From: Macrostomum hystrix
Taxonomy: Eukaryota; Animalia; Platyhelminthes
Length of the DNA: 64,000 bases
NCBI GenBank assembly: GCA_950097015.1
Contig: CATNEN010000041.1
Coordinates: 1,674,001 to 1,738,000, forward strand
Direction: 5' to 3'
The notes below the pieces were generated by a model that saw nothing but the letters and a program-made list of their open reading frames with translations, did no database searches and was not told where the DNA came from. How positions within the stretch are numbered: the first letter of the stretch is position 1; each line of letters starts with the position of its first letter. This document shows positions 37,173-49,811 of this stretch, piece by piece. A program made the position numbers and the translations under genes.

Positions 37173-38683
37173 TCAGGTTCGCGCCGTGAACACAATGTTG
37201 TGCACTGGAGGTGCCCTCACCAGCGATCCCTTCCATGGTGTTGGATCCTCTAGGAGGTGCCACATGCTCAGCTTCTCTTCGGGGTCCAGCTCGAAGCGGT
37301 AGCGCTGCATCAGAGCCGTGAAGAAGATGAACAGCTCCATCTTGGCCAGGCTCTCGCCCAGGCAGGCCCTCTTACCCAGACCGAAGGTCGCCATGTGCGG
37401 GCTCGGTACGAACTGGCCGTCCTTTAGGTGTCGCTCCGGCATGAACTTCTTCGGCTCGGGAAAGGCTTTGGGGTCGTGGTTCACAGAGTAGAGGTTGAAC
37501 AGGCACAGGCTGTCCGCCTTCAGCCGGTAGCCGCACACGGTGATGTCCTCTGTGACCCGGTGCAAAATGCCCATTGTTCCTATGCAGGACAGGCGGTTGA
37601 ACTCCTCAATGACGGCCTGTGTGTACTGAAGATTTGGTTTGTCCTGCATTTTCGGCAGACGGTCGCGACCAATCGCATCGATGATCTCCTTGTGCGTCTT
37701 CTCGGCCACGTCCGGGTTGGCGATCATGAAGAGCAGGGCCCAGCGCAGGGTGTTGGCCGTGGTGTCTGTGCCAGCTACAAAGAGATCCGTGACTGCCAGA
37801 GTGAGCCGCGTGTCGGTGAACATCGCGGGGTCCTTGCGCTGATGCATCAGATGGGCCTCGATGTAGTCTCTGGCCTGGTCCACCTTGTCCATCTCGGCCA
37901 TGTGGCGGTCCCGCTGGTCTTGGCAGAAGTCGTGCACTTTCTTCATGCTGGCCATCATGGCTTTGCTGTTGGCAGTTGGGAAATCAGTTTGAACAGGAAT
38001 GGAAACCGCTCGGTCAGCGAGGAGGTGGACAGGACGATGCTTTGGCGTACATTGGCGTCGGTGCCCTGAGTGATGTCGTGAAAAACCTTCATCATCTCTT
38101 CGAATCGCGAGTCCTCATCGGCGAGGCGCGAGCCGAACACAAGCTGGCAAATCACATTGCTGGTGGCAGTGCTCATCATCATCCCCGTCTCAACGGGCGT
38201 GCCGCCAGCGGTGTCAAGCGTGCTCAACATGTGCTCAGCTTCGATCGCGATGATCTCTTCAGCTCCCTGACGTCCGAATCCGAAGTCGCGCAGTGTCTTT
38301 AGAGTGAAGCGTCGGTACTCACGCCAGACGTCGCCTTCTGTCATGGCGATTCCACCGTACTCACCAAAGGCCTTGGTTAGCATGTCCTGCTTTGGCCGGC
38401 CGCTCAGCTGTTCGGCATTGTCCAGCATGGCTTCCTTGAGCGCCGTCAAGTTATTGAATACGTACACACACTGGGTGCCAAAGTACACCCGCACAATCGG
38501 TGCATTGCCGAATCTCTCGTACATGGACAGGTAGAGCGGCTCTGGCAGGTGCAAATGACTGCCAATTAGTGGATACCAGCCAGCCGAGGGGGGCTCCATG
38601 GCCTCCTCACGTCTCCGCCTGATCCAGTAAAGGCCGAGAATGGCTGCGCCTCCGGCCAGAGCGATGGTCGCAGCGGAGGCCAT
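37173..38683 (-). CDS. Cytochrome P450, CYP2 clan, with a single 1-nt frameshift (error or recent pseudogene)
   Basis: Two abutting ORFs (37955-38683, 37173-37958) join into ~503 aa if one base is added at gcaaagccatg (~37962); all P450 motifs intact. Confidence 0.85.
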
Positions 38684-39414
38684 TCTTCGCTTTCCGTAGC
38701 CGACCTGGAGCGATGGTCAGGTGACGGGGGAACAGATGGCGGGTTTCAAACTGGATTTTTGCTCTTAAATAAAGGCCTGGCGTCTGTGGGGTGAGGGCGC
38801 AGTGCCCGCTGCTGTCTGTCTCGCACCCTCCATTGTTCTCGAGAGGACTGAAGCTGTTTCGGCCAGAGTCCTTCGCCCTTCCCTTGTTATTTCAATTCAA
38901 GGCAAAAAAAGCTTTGGACTGCTTCGCACATTTGCCACTCCCTGCCACAGCAATGTTTCGTCTTACACAATGCCCTCACCTTTGTCTATCCAGCGTTGCC
39001 TTGAAATTTCATTTTCCGGTCGGAGCCGGGTGGAAAATTTTGTCCAAGTTCAAGTTGCGTCCAAGTCTCTGATGCACGTGACAGAGTGCTGCCTGGGGCA
39101 TTGGTGCAAATCCGGGTAGCAATGAAGGTCATATCAAGTTTTCAAAGAGAAATATTATCCAAAAAACCCAATTATTGAATCTGTCATTGATTTTCATTCT
39201 CCACATGCAAACAAATGTTATTCATTTAGCTTTTTCGTATAATCGTTTTTGTGCTATCACTCGATTTGTTATACTCCTATAAAAAATAAGGACCTGTTAT
39301 TGCATGCGCAAAAATATAGATAGAAATAGAAAAAATAGTTTTTAAATTAAACACTGCTTTGCTAACAGAATAAATCACTCCGGTTGCCTACATTGGTTCT
39401 ATACACAGACATCC

Positions 39415-40001
39415 CAAATTCATTCAGTAGATACCAAATAAATTCAGTAGACACCCCGATTCAATAAGTAGACACCCCCCATTCAACCAGTAGTTACCCA
39501 GATTCAATCAGTAGACACCCCCATTCAACCAGTAGTTACCCAGATTCAATCAGTAGACACCCCCCATTCAACCAGTAGTTACCCAGATTCAATCAGTAGA
39601 CACCCCCCATTCAACCAGTAGTTACCCAGATTCAATCAGTAGACACCCCCATTCAACCAGTAGTTACCCAGATTCAATCAGTAGACACCCCCATTCAATC
39701 AGTAGACACCCTGATTCAATCAGTAGACACCCCCATTCAACCAGTAGTTACCCTGATTCAATCAGTAGACACCCCCATTCAACCAGTAGTTACCCAGATT
39801 CAATCAGTAGACACCCCCATTCAACCAGTAGTTACCCAGATTCAATCAGTAGACACCCCCATTCAGTCAGTAGACACCCTGATTCAATCAGTAGACACCC
39901 CCATTCAGTCAGTAGACACCCAGATGCAATCAGTAGACACCCCCATTCAGTCAGTAGTTACCCAGATTCAATCAGTAGACACCCCCATTCAATCAGTAGA
40001 T
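39415..40001. repeat. Minisatellite of alternating 20/21-bp subunits (~41-bp dimer)
   Basis: attcaatcagtagacacccc(c) / attcaaccagtagttacccag. Confidence 0.95.
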
Positions 40002-40509
40002 AAATTCATTTCCATCGTTTGCAAACCTAATTCTATGTGATTTTCAAGTCAAAACAGACTGCATTCTTGGATTCTTAAAATGAAAGTCTGTTAGGTGCCC
40101 AGAAGTGACAGTGCAAAAAGTTCTTTCCCTTAGAGTTAAAAGAACAAAGGAAAAATTACGTAGTCAAAGGACACCGAAAGTTCAATTTGACTGATAGAGG
40201 TCATATTTGTGTAAATATTGTGTGGTAGTGTATTTGATTTATAGTAAGACTATGCATTCAGGAACAAAAGGGCAGGTGAATACCATGTTGCTGAGAATCT
40301 ACTAGGCTAGATAGAAGACAATCAGTAAAGACTGTTGAAGGCGCAGAAAAAAGACAAAAATACCATCGCAGTTAATACATGATCAAAGAGTTTTGACAAC
40401 AACCTAAAATCACAGTCACCTCGTGCGCTTGCAGCTCCTTTGCAGTTGCAGTTAGTGATTCGCGGTTCCTCCACATGCTTTCCCCTCCAAATCATGATAA
40501 ATCCGGAAC

Positions 40510-41877
40510 AAAACAACCTGCCCAATGAGTTCTACTCTCCAAAGCTAAAAGGGTGCATTTGAAGGTTATACAACCTGCCAAATGAGTTCTACTCTCCAAA
40601 GCTAAAGTGGTGCATTTGAAGGTTATACAACCTGCCCAATGAGTTCTACTCTCCAAAGCTAAAAGGGCACATTTGAAGGTTATACAACCTGCCCAATGAG
40701 TTCTACTCTCCAAAGCTAAAGTGGTGCATTTGAAGGTTATACAACCTGCCCAATGAGTTCTACTCTCCAAAGCTGGAAGGGTACATTTGAAGGTTATACA
40801 ACCTGCCCAATGAGTTCTACTCTCCAAAGCTAAAGTGGTGCATTTGAAGGTTATACAACCTGCCCAATGAGTTCTACTCTCCAAAGCTGGAAGGGTACAT
40901 TTGAAGGTTATACAACCTGCCCAATGAGTTCTACTCTCCAAAGCTAAAAGGGTACATTTGAAGGTTATACAACCTGCCCAATGAGTTCTACTCTCCAAAG
41001 CTAAAAGGGTACATTTGAAGGTTATACAACCTGCTCAATGAGTTCTACTCTCCAAAGCTAAAAGGGTACATTTGAAGGTTATACAACCTGCCCAATGAGT
41101 TCTACTCTTCAAAGCTAAAAGGGTGCATTTGAAGGTTATACAACCTGCCCAATGAGTTCTACTCTCCAAAGCTAAAGTGGTGCATTTGAAGGTTATACAA
41201 CCTGCCCAATGAGTTCTACTCTCCAAAGCTAAAAGGGTGCATTTGAAGGTTATACAACCTGCCCAATGAGTTCTACTCTCCAAAGCTAAAAGGGTGCATT
41301 TGAAGGTTATACAACCTGCCCAATGAGTTCTACTCTCCAAAGCTAAAAGGGTACATTTGAAGGTTATACAACCTGCCCAATGAGTTCTACTCTCCAAAGC
41401 TAAAAGGGTACATTTGAAGGTTATACAACCTGCCCAATGAGTTCTACTCTCCAAAGCTAAAAGGGCACATTTGAAGGTTATACAACCTGCCCAATGAGTT
41501 CTACTCTCCAAAGCTGGAAGGGTACATTTGAAGGTTATTCAACCTGCCCAATGAGTTCTACTCTCCAAAGCTAAAAGGGTGCATTTGATGGTTATACAAC
41601 CTGCCCAATGAGTTCTACTCTCCAAAGCTAAAAGGGTGCTTTTGAAGGTTATACAGCCTGCCCAATGAGTTCTACTCTCCAAAGCTGGAAGGGTACATTT
41701 GAAGGTTATTCAACCTGCCCAATGAGTTCTACTCTCCAAAGCTAAAAGGGTGCATTTGATGGTTATACAACCTGCCCAATGAGTTCTACTCTCCAAAGCT
41801 AAAAGGGTGCATTTGATGGTTATACAGCCTGCCCAATGAGTTCTACTCTCCAAAGCTAAAAGGGTGCATTTGAAGAT
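40510..41877. repeat. 57-bp minisatellite (~24 copies)
   Basis: Unit caacctgcccaatgagttctactctccaaagctaaaagggtacatttgaaggttata. Confidence 0.97.
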
Positions 41878-42105
41878 TATAAGCATAAACAAAGCAATAC
41901 TTCTAAGTGTTTAAGGGGAGATTGCTTAGATTCTTTGACTCAATTTAAAAACTGAAAAAATGAATGAACGAAACTTAGAAGTATTCTACCCAAAGTAGTA
42001 TACTACGTGTAATGCAGCGCGGTTGTATTAGGTCTATTGCACTGCGTTATTGCATTCGATAAATGTGAGTTGACGCACATGGCTTGGCTGGTATCCCAGG
42101 CCAGC

Positions 42106-45100
42106 TCATTGCTCAGTGAGGTCCAGCAGCAGCGCCTTCAACATCCTGGCCTCGAAGGTGACGGAGTTGCGGCCTGGGTGGGGCTCCTTCTGGGCCAGCG
42201 GGTTCTCCACGTAGGCCTTAACCGTGTTGCCGTACCCTGAGATTTGAAAGCACAGGTCTGTCATCCAACTCAGCTTACACGAGCTCGTAGTAATTAGCAG
42301 TTGCAGGAGGGCTGTTATTATTTGGTACCATTTGACCCGTCAGCCAGGGAAAGACATTTCTGCTCATTCTGCAAACACAAACGCACACATACCGTACGCA
42401 GACATACTCACACAGGTGTGTACATCTGTCCTGAATCTTTCATCGTCCGGCAATGAACACTCTCACTGGGCCTTGGGGGGGGTTGGACCTCAAGGGCGAA
42501 AACTGCACGACAAGCCCGCCGAGCCTTCTCTCCGCGGTTGCGTCTGAGATAATCATAGCCGTGGAATCGAGCTCACGGACCTTGCAGGTGCGAGAGTTAA
42601 ACTCGTTAACCGCACAATCCGCAAAACTCACTTTCGCACAAGTCCAGAAACTTGAAGCAGTCGTCCAAGACGCCGTCCTTCATCAGAATCATGTGCTTGG
42701 CCATGTTCTCCAGCAGGGACAAGAAGCACCGCTTGGCGTAGTACCAGGTGTCCGTACCCAGCTTCTTCTGGTAGGGCTCCATGCTCTTGATGATGCGGCT
42801 GATGCCGAACTCGTAGTTGCCCTTGGAGCAGTAGAGTGTGCCAATCACCAGGTTCACGATGCACGAGTGAAAGATCTTCTTGTCCGGCTCCTCGTAGGCC
42901 ACCTGGAGGATCGATGGCGTTGGAATTTAGCATTCGGTACCCGGTCTAGAGGGAAGGGAAGGGAAGACGCCCTTTGACGAATGGGACGAGCATAAGAGCA
43001 GAAAAACGAAGGAACAGCTCACCGCCTCCTCTTCCTTCTCAATCTTTCGCATGAGTTCCTCGGCGTCCTCATTCTGGCTGGTCATGATGTAGGCCACGCA
43101 CAGGTTGGCCAGCACCACGGCGCTCACGTTAAGGATGTGGTCGTAGTGCTTCTTCACAATGGGCTCGTAGAAGCTGATGCTCTCCTTGAACTTGTCCCGC
43201 ATGAACAGCACGTGGGCGACGTTCAGCTTCCAAGAGTCGTGGTCGTTGCAGAACTCCACGGAGTTGCGGAAGATCTTCTCCACCTCAGGGTAGTTCTCCC
43301 GGTCCCAGTAGATCTTGGCCTGCTGCATCAGGATTGGGATGTACTTCTCCAGGGCTGCAGGTGTCGGATAATGATCAGGATTGGGATGTACTTCTCCAGG
43401 GCTGCAGGTGTTGGATAAAGATCAGGATTGGGATGTACTTCTCCAGGGCTGCAGGTGTCGGATAATGATCAGGATTGGGATGTACTTCTCCAGGGCTGCA
43501 GGTTTCGGATAATGATCAGGATTGGGATGTACTTCTCCAGGGCTGCAGGTTTCGGATAATGATCAGGATTGGGATGTACTTCTCCAGGGCTGCAGGTGTT
43601 GGATAAAGATCAGGATTGGGGTGTACTTCTCCAGGGCTGCAGGTGTTGGATAAAGATCAGGATTGGGGTGTACTTCTCCAGGGCTGCAGGTTTCGGATAA
43701 TGATCAGGATTGGGATGTACTTCTCCAGGGCTGCAGGTTTCGGATAATGATCAGGATTGGGGTGTACTTCTCCAGGGCTGCAGGTTTCGGATAATGATCA
43801 GGATTTGGATGTACTTCTCCAGGGCTGCAGGTGTCGGAAAAAGCCGATGATAGGGTGATGGTGGCGGTTTGTAGTTTGATCGCATCATTCATACTGCTGA
43901 ATGACGGCAAAGATAAAACAATACTTTCTGGTGACTCTTCGGTTCAGACTTTATTTGTAGTTGGCTTTTACAGATCGCGAATTCTCCTAAATGGTGTTAA
44001 AACTTTGCGTTCTTTGTTTTTCAAGCGTAATGGATGCTTTTTTAAAATAAGAATTGCAAAATATACGCATCTGTTCCATCAGCACTTGAAATGTACATCA
44101 ATCCACTAATAAGCATAGCTCAGCATGGACCAACCTTCGTCATAATCGTTAACGGCCTTCTTAACAGCCTCGTCCTCTTTCTTCTGTCGGGCCTGCTGCA
44201 CCGTCTTGGTGAGCTTGCGCAGCGTCTCCGTCTGCCGGCTCGCCATCTCCTCAAGGCGTCTGCAGATGGTCGGTGTGAAACTAATTAGTTCTTTATGTTT
44301 CACGGGGGGATGACAATCAAAATAGAGGCTGAGAATTTGTGATTTCTTGTGCTCAGGCAGATCGCGGAGCTGCGGAGCCGCTCGATCTGCATTGAAACGG
44401 GTGGGAATCAAGCTGCACGCTGAAAGACGTGGTGGCAAAGACCAGTAGTAGCTAATCCATTAGTCATTGCCTGGTAATCAAATTTGAATGCTAACACTAA
44501 TTTTACATAATAAAAGGAGAACTATGTATGACAGACAGGAGAAGACAAAAAGCCCAAGGGACATAGGTGAGAAAATATTATCTGAGAAAATAACTGGGAA
44601 GAATGCCGAGAACCTGTATGCCTCCTCTGGCGCCGTCTGGCACAGGATGACCGCCTCCAGGAAGTCCATTAGGTATGGCGGCAGCAGCTTGAAGGCCTGC
44701 TCGGTGCTCTCGGCCAGCACATCGGCGGCCAGGTCGTGAAAGTCGTGCTTCACGTAGAGCAGCAACAGATTTCCGAGCGTCTCTGGTGGGAAGGACTCCT
44801 GCTGCATGAGGAACTGCAGCTTCTGGAAGCCTGCCGATGCGTCGGTTTCCATGCCAACCAGCCCCAGATTGTGCAGGGTGACAGCGTCGAGCTCCTGCTC
44901 GGAGCGCGGCGGCATGTCAGTGAGGGCATCTTGTGACTGGGCGAAGTTCCGTCTGTTGAACTCGATTGCAGCCTTCAGGTTAAAGGCCTCGACCAGGGCT
45001 GTCTCGTGCAATGTTAATGAGTTGCCGACGCTGCGCACCTCGATGCCTTCAGTTGCCATGCCAACGCCGAGCTCCGGGTGCTCCCGGATGCCACGCTCGA

Positions 45101-46027
45101 TGATGTCAGCAATGAGCTTCAGGGCCTGGGCGTATTGACGCATCTGGTAGTGACAGACGGCCATGTTGTACGCGAGATCTGGCCGGAAGCTTGTCACCTG
45201 TGGAGACGAGACCGTACATTTTAAGCTAAATTGAGGTGAAAGTCGAGCAACAAGAAACAGTAAAGTAGCTCTCGAGCACTCACCTGCATAGCCTGTGTGA
45301 ACTTGGCGCAGGCTTCCTGGAACTTGCCCTCCTTAAACAGCAGGCAGCCGAGGTTCACCTGGCGGTCCGGGTCGTCTGCCTGGCACTGGTCCACGAGTGC
45401 CCGCGCACCCGTAAAATCTTCTTCGTCGTATTTGATGGCAGCCTCCAGCTTCAGCATCTGACTGCGATAGGCCGGGTCCTCTATCTGAGCAGCCACCTGG
45501 GAGCAGCGGTTTTAATTATCCATGAACAATGTGTGGCTATGACTCTCATGTTGGTGCAAATTGTGTGGTCCGACATGAAGCCAGTGCCGCTGGTAAATTA
45601 AAAGATCAGGACTAAGAAGCAGTTTTAGTACGGATACAATTTTTTATTACAAGTTAAGAGCATGGCAGTATAAAAGCGGTGAATTTAAAAGCTGCCTAAA
45701 GAAGGCTTGGTACTGGTCTTATAAGTGCAAGACACTCACCTTCATGGCTTGCTGATACAGGCCGGCCTGGTACAGGCTCTGTGCAAAGTACAGCTGATAC
45801 TCCACACAGTCGGGACACAGCTGGGAGAGCCGCTCGTATGAGTCGCTTGCGGAGACAAAGTCTTGCATCTGGTAGAAGCAGTATCCAAGCAAGGACAGGG
45901 CAGCGCGGGAGTCCGGATATGTTGTCAGCTGCTGATTGACAGCATTCACGGCCTCCTTGTAGCGGTGCTCTTTTATGTAGCCGTATATTGTTGAAGTGAA
46001 GTGGCCCTCCTTAATGCTGTGTGTCAT
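42106..46027 (-). CDS. TTC30: Tetratricopeptide repeat protein 30 / IFT70 (fleer, DYF-1)
   Basis: 7 exons: 46027-45740, 45496-45284, 45197-44614, 44259-44135, 43354-43023, 42902-42632, 42236-42106; hallmark peptides EGHFTSTIY, SRAALSLLGYC, LHETALVEAFNLKAAIE, FHSCIVNLVIGTLYCSKGNYEFGISRIIKS, LGTDTWYYAKRC. Confidence 0.93.
43328..43838. repeat. 47-bp tandem repeat x11 made of the TTC30 intron-4/exon-5 junction
   Basis: agggctgcag at 43351 and every 47 bp to 43821; minus-strand unit ...cacctgcag|ccctggagaagtacatcccaatcctgat. Confidence 0.95.
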
Positions 46028-47224
46028 TATCTAGCATGAAAAAGGTTGTTATCTGTGTTAAGCTTCGGTTCATAAACATAAGGAAAAGAAACCAGCTTCA
46101 TTTGTTGAAATTATTAGATAATGGTTTACAAATAGTAAATATTTTGCTTTATATAATTTTTACTATTCGTATTGTTAATTATACTTATTGATAAATATCA
46201 ATGAACAAGCGGTGGATCACACCGTTCTGAAAAATATAGCTTGTGGAGTTGGAAATTTCGACAAACCATTTAAATAAATTATTTAATGAGAAATTTATTT
46301 TAATATAAACTTGTATGCCAAATTCATTCCTGATCTCGAAGTTTCAATTTTCTTTTCAAATTTTATACAGATCGAAGGACTTCCGTCAGTGTGCTTTGTG
46401 CACAATAATAACACAATAACACAATAACACAACAATATTTAGTTTCAAAATTAGCAGAAGTATATTAAGTACATAAAAATGCTATACCAAGCTACTAAAT
46501 CAAGTTTAAAACTATTAAAGAGAAAAAAGACGACAGATAAAAAACTGTTTTCTAAAGCCAATGAAATTAAGTCAAACCATTTGCTTTTTCCCAGTACAAA
46601 GTTTTGACTAGAGATTGAAAGCAAGCAATTTGATGAATTTTATAAAATGCACAAATTCTTGCATGTTGCATTTACAAGACAAAGCATATTTAATATGTAA
46701 TAAATTTATTATCTAAATAGCTTGTTGTTACATAAAGTACCTTCGCCAATTCTTTGTAAGTTTTTCAGGGAAGCTTTATTAAATAAGAACTACAAAATAG
46801 TTACTTTTGTTAAAGCTTATTGCTAAATTTAAATTCGATTGATGACGCGCCGAGTGACTTCAGGATTCCACTACAATAAAAAAATATATATATATACCAA
46901 GTAATACAAATAACAAAAATTATTTAAGTTGACCTACCAATAATAGTTATTATCTGTATCAGTATACTTTTGTGGATGGGTGGATTGCCTTGATAATCCG
47001 ATATCAAATACAGAGCCGTGAATGAGAAGTACGTAATGTAATGTAAATGAAGACAACTAACAAAGGCAAGGGCAAGGGCTTCAGATAATGTCACTGTTGA
47101 TTACCATAATTCGAAGAAAACGTTACAACAAAAAATGTATAAATCAGCTATATAGCCACTCTTTCAATTCATTCATTAAATTTGTCTTTAGACTTTCAAA
47201 TGAGTGACCAAAGGATAGGCGACA

Positions 47225-47679
47225 GTGACGTCGTCTCTCTAATTTAATGTAATTTTAATATGCTATTTCTAATTAAGTGCATTATTTTCGTTAGCTATAT
47301 TTGTTAGGGATATTTCTTCGGTTTTCCATATATATTTATAATGGTTTTGTTTTAGTGTACTACATAGTCGTAGTTCGTATTCAAATGTGCTAATTAGGCC
47401 TTTCCAGGAAGGCTCCCAACCCTTCCCCCGGGCTTGTTCTACGACTGAGTGCTGGTTGTTATTTTGTCAGTGGCTAATCTGAACTGTAGCCGTAGCTGTA
47501 TTTCAAGTGAATCCATTGAGTAGCTCTGTAACCCATCTAAGATATAGCCAGCATTCGCCGTAAAGACGATTTCTTAATTCGAAGGCCCAATTTACTGCAT
47601 GAGAGTGCTTTCCGCTACGAAGGTTTTGTAACGATCGATAATTTACCTTGCTATTAAAATAAACCGAAACTTCGTCATA
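47225..47679 (+). repeat. 5' LTR (~455 bp)
   Basis: TGACG...CGTCA inverted termini; identical by eye to 55677-56131; followed by candidate PBS TGGAGGACCCACCG (~47686). Confidence 0.95.
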
Positions 47680-48749
47680 TAAATTTGGAGGACCCACCGT
47701 CAATGACAATTCGAACCCGGTCATCGACCATCGTCATTCGTCAAAAAGCTAGCTCATAGGCCTAGGCCTACTCATCATTAATTAGATCTCAAGTCTACTA
47801 AAGTCCAACAGTGATTCAGCACTATCAGTTCACGGCACAGCCTACCTACTACACAGACGATCGAGAAAGTAAACAACAACCAACTTTATCAGCTTAAGCG
47901 TATCGGCAGTGTGTCTTCGCAGAGTGAGTCAGACGCTAAGCCTAAAGGAGGGTCAGACAACCAGCCAACCTCTGTGCTCTGCGCCTGTGTCCAATCACGT
48001 GACCACTAAACACACCTGGTTAGGAGTATCAACTCTTAATTGCAAGCGCAACAACCCCAAAGCTTTAGCCCGCCGAGCGCCACCCCTCTCGTCTGTTGAA
48101 CTGCGCCTAGCCATTGCAATCGATTGCCTAAGGGTTCTCTCGGCCTGCGCCCCGCTTGATTTTTGTGGACTAGGCGAGCCAGGCTAGCACTGCAAAGCAT
48201 TTCCGCCGGGTCGTCACTTACAACATCAGCAATAGCAGTCAATTAGCCAAACGCCGGCAGCAGCGGCCCTACGCCAGCTGTTCACGACAACAGCTACTAC
48301 GGCAGCCGGTGCCAGTCTGCAGTTGCAACAGCGGCCAACAACAATCGGGTAGCATCAGAGCATCGCCTCGCGGGTTGAACGGGCCTGCGACTGAAGGGCA
48401 CCTGCCATCTGCGAACAAGCCAAGCCAAGCTGAACCGAACCGATCCGAGCCGAGCGGTGTGCAGCAAGCCTGGTTGAGCTGGACCTTGCCGATTGCCGTG
48501 GCGAACTGAGCAGTGTGCCGAAGACAACGGCGGCCGAGATTCGGAACTGGTGGTTGCAGCTAAGGCTGAGTTCAATTATTTATTATTATTATTATATTAG
48601 GATCTATTGTGGCAGTAACTTTAGACTTAGGACCACCATTAGTACTAGACTTGTTGCTCAATCATTTGTAAAACTGCCACATTCTTTCTTGTGTAGGCCT
48701 AGCTCGTTCTTCGCTCCTCTTTTTCTAGTTGTGTGTCTGAGTTCTAGTC

Positions 48750-49811
48750 ATGTCAGGCGTAAATTCAGATACCGACCAAGTCAACCAGTCAGGGGCAGCA
48801 TTGTCAGGCCAGGGACCAGAGGAGAACATCGGCCATGGGCCTGGGACAGCAGGAGGTGCTGAGGTGGAGATGGAGGGAGGTGAGCAGCCGGAGCGCGAGA
48901 CCTCCTTAGGTGACCTCGCCAGAACCCTAGCCCAAATCCGTGACAACACCAGCACCAGTTCTAGAATACCGAAATCGAGCCCTCGGCTCAGACCCCCAGT
49001 GGCCTACACACCCAAAACCAAATTTGATATCTGGTGGACGCAATTCCGCCTGTTTCTTGAAGCCAATGAGATCATGCCTGAGCATCGGACAGCAGTGTTG
49101 CTTTCATCCCTGTCACCCGAGTGCCAAGAATTCTTTTACAACTATCGTCTGCACGAGAAAAGCTTTGATGAAGCAGTGAAGAGTCTAAGAAGCCGGTATG
49201 GCGAGCCAACCCACGTAGATAAATACTATATAGAACTGACCTCAGCCCAACAGCTGTCATCGGAGAGTATCCAGGAGTATTTTGACCGCCTCATAGGCCT
49301 AGCAAATGCCGCGGACATGAGCCGCTCTGAGTACGAGCCCCTAGTAAGGACGCGGTTTTGCTATGGCTTGGCTGACAAAACTATTGCCGAAAAACTTATC
49401 AATATGCTGCATGAAGCACCCAGGGCTTCACTGGAGAGACTCCTAGCTAGGGCTCGAGACACAGATCAAACTAGGCAGCTGCTCAAACTGACTGAGCAAC
49501 CCAAGGTTAGAAGTGTTGAAGCAGACGAGATCCGAGCCCTGAAGGCGAGAATAGCAGAACTGGAGAAGAAACAGTCAGGGCCACAACAAAGCACGCAGAA
49601 ACCTACTAATAGCAACAGTGGTGGCCATAGGCACAACTTTCAATCTCAGAAGTCCCCCCAGGACTACTCTAGTCATGCCCGAATGAGCGGCGCCCTACCT
49701 AAATGCTTCAGGTGTAGTGAGACTGGCCACCTCATTGCCGAATGCCCCTATCCTAGAGAGCCAGGTACTGGTGCGCCACCCCTCGAAGTTCAGGACCCCG
49801 CAACCCTTTAG
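48750..49811 (+). CDS. gag: Gag (353 aa) with CX2CX4HX4C zinc knuckle
   Basis: CFRCSETGHLIAEC; Q...ESIQEYFDRL..LA; RFCYGL. Confidence 0.9.
   Translation: MSGVNSDTDQVNQSGAALSGQGPEENIGHGPGTAGGAEVEMEGGEQPERETSLGDLARTLAQIRDNTSTSSRIPKSSPRLRPPVAYTPKTKFDIWWTQFRLFLEANEIMPEHRTAVLLSSLSPECQEFFYNYRLHEKSFDEAVKSLRSRYGEPTHVDKYYIELTSAQQLSSESIQEYFDRLIGLANAADMSRSEYEPLVRTRFCYGLADKTIAEKLINMLHEAPRASLERLLARARDTDQTRQLLKLTEQPKVRSVEADEIRALKARIAELEKKQSGPQQSTQKPTNSNSGGHRHNFQSQKSPQDYSSHARMSGALPKCFRCSETGHLIAECPYPREPGTGAPPLEVQDPATL

Noticed and set aside
40492-41892. Repeat ORFs (ESRTHWAGCITFKCTLLAL)n
   Set aside because: 57-bp minisatellite; no ATG or splice context, variants are mostly missense, and a stop interrupts the frame
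39415-43838. CRISPR-like appearance of the regular repeats
   Set aside because: Units are head-to-tail with no unique spacers, no cas genes, and the context is eukaryotic
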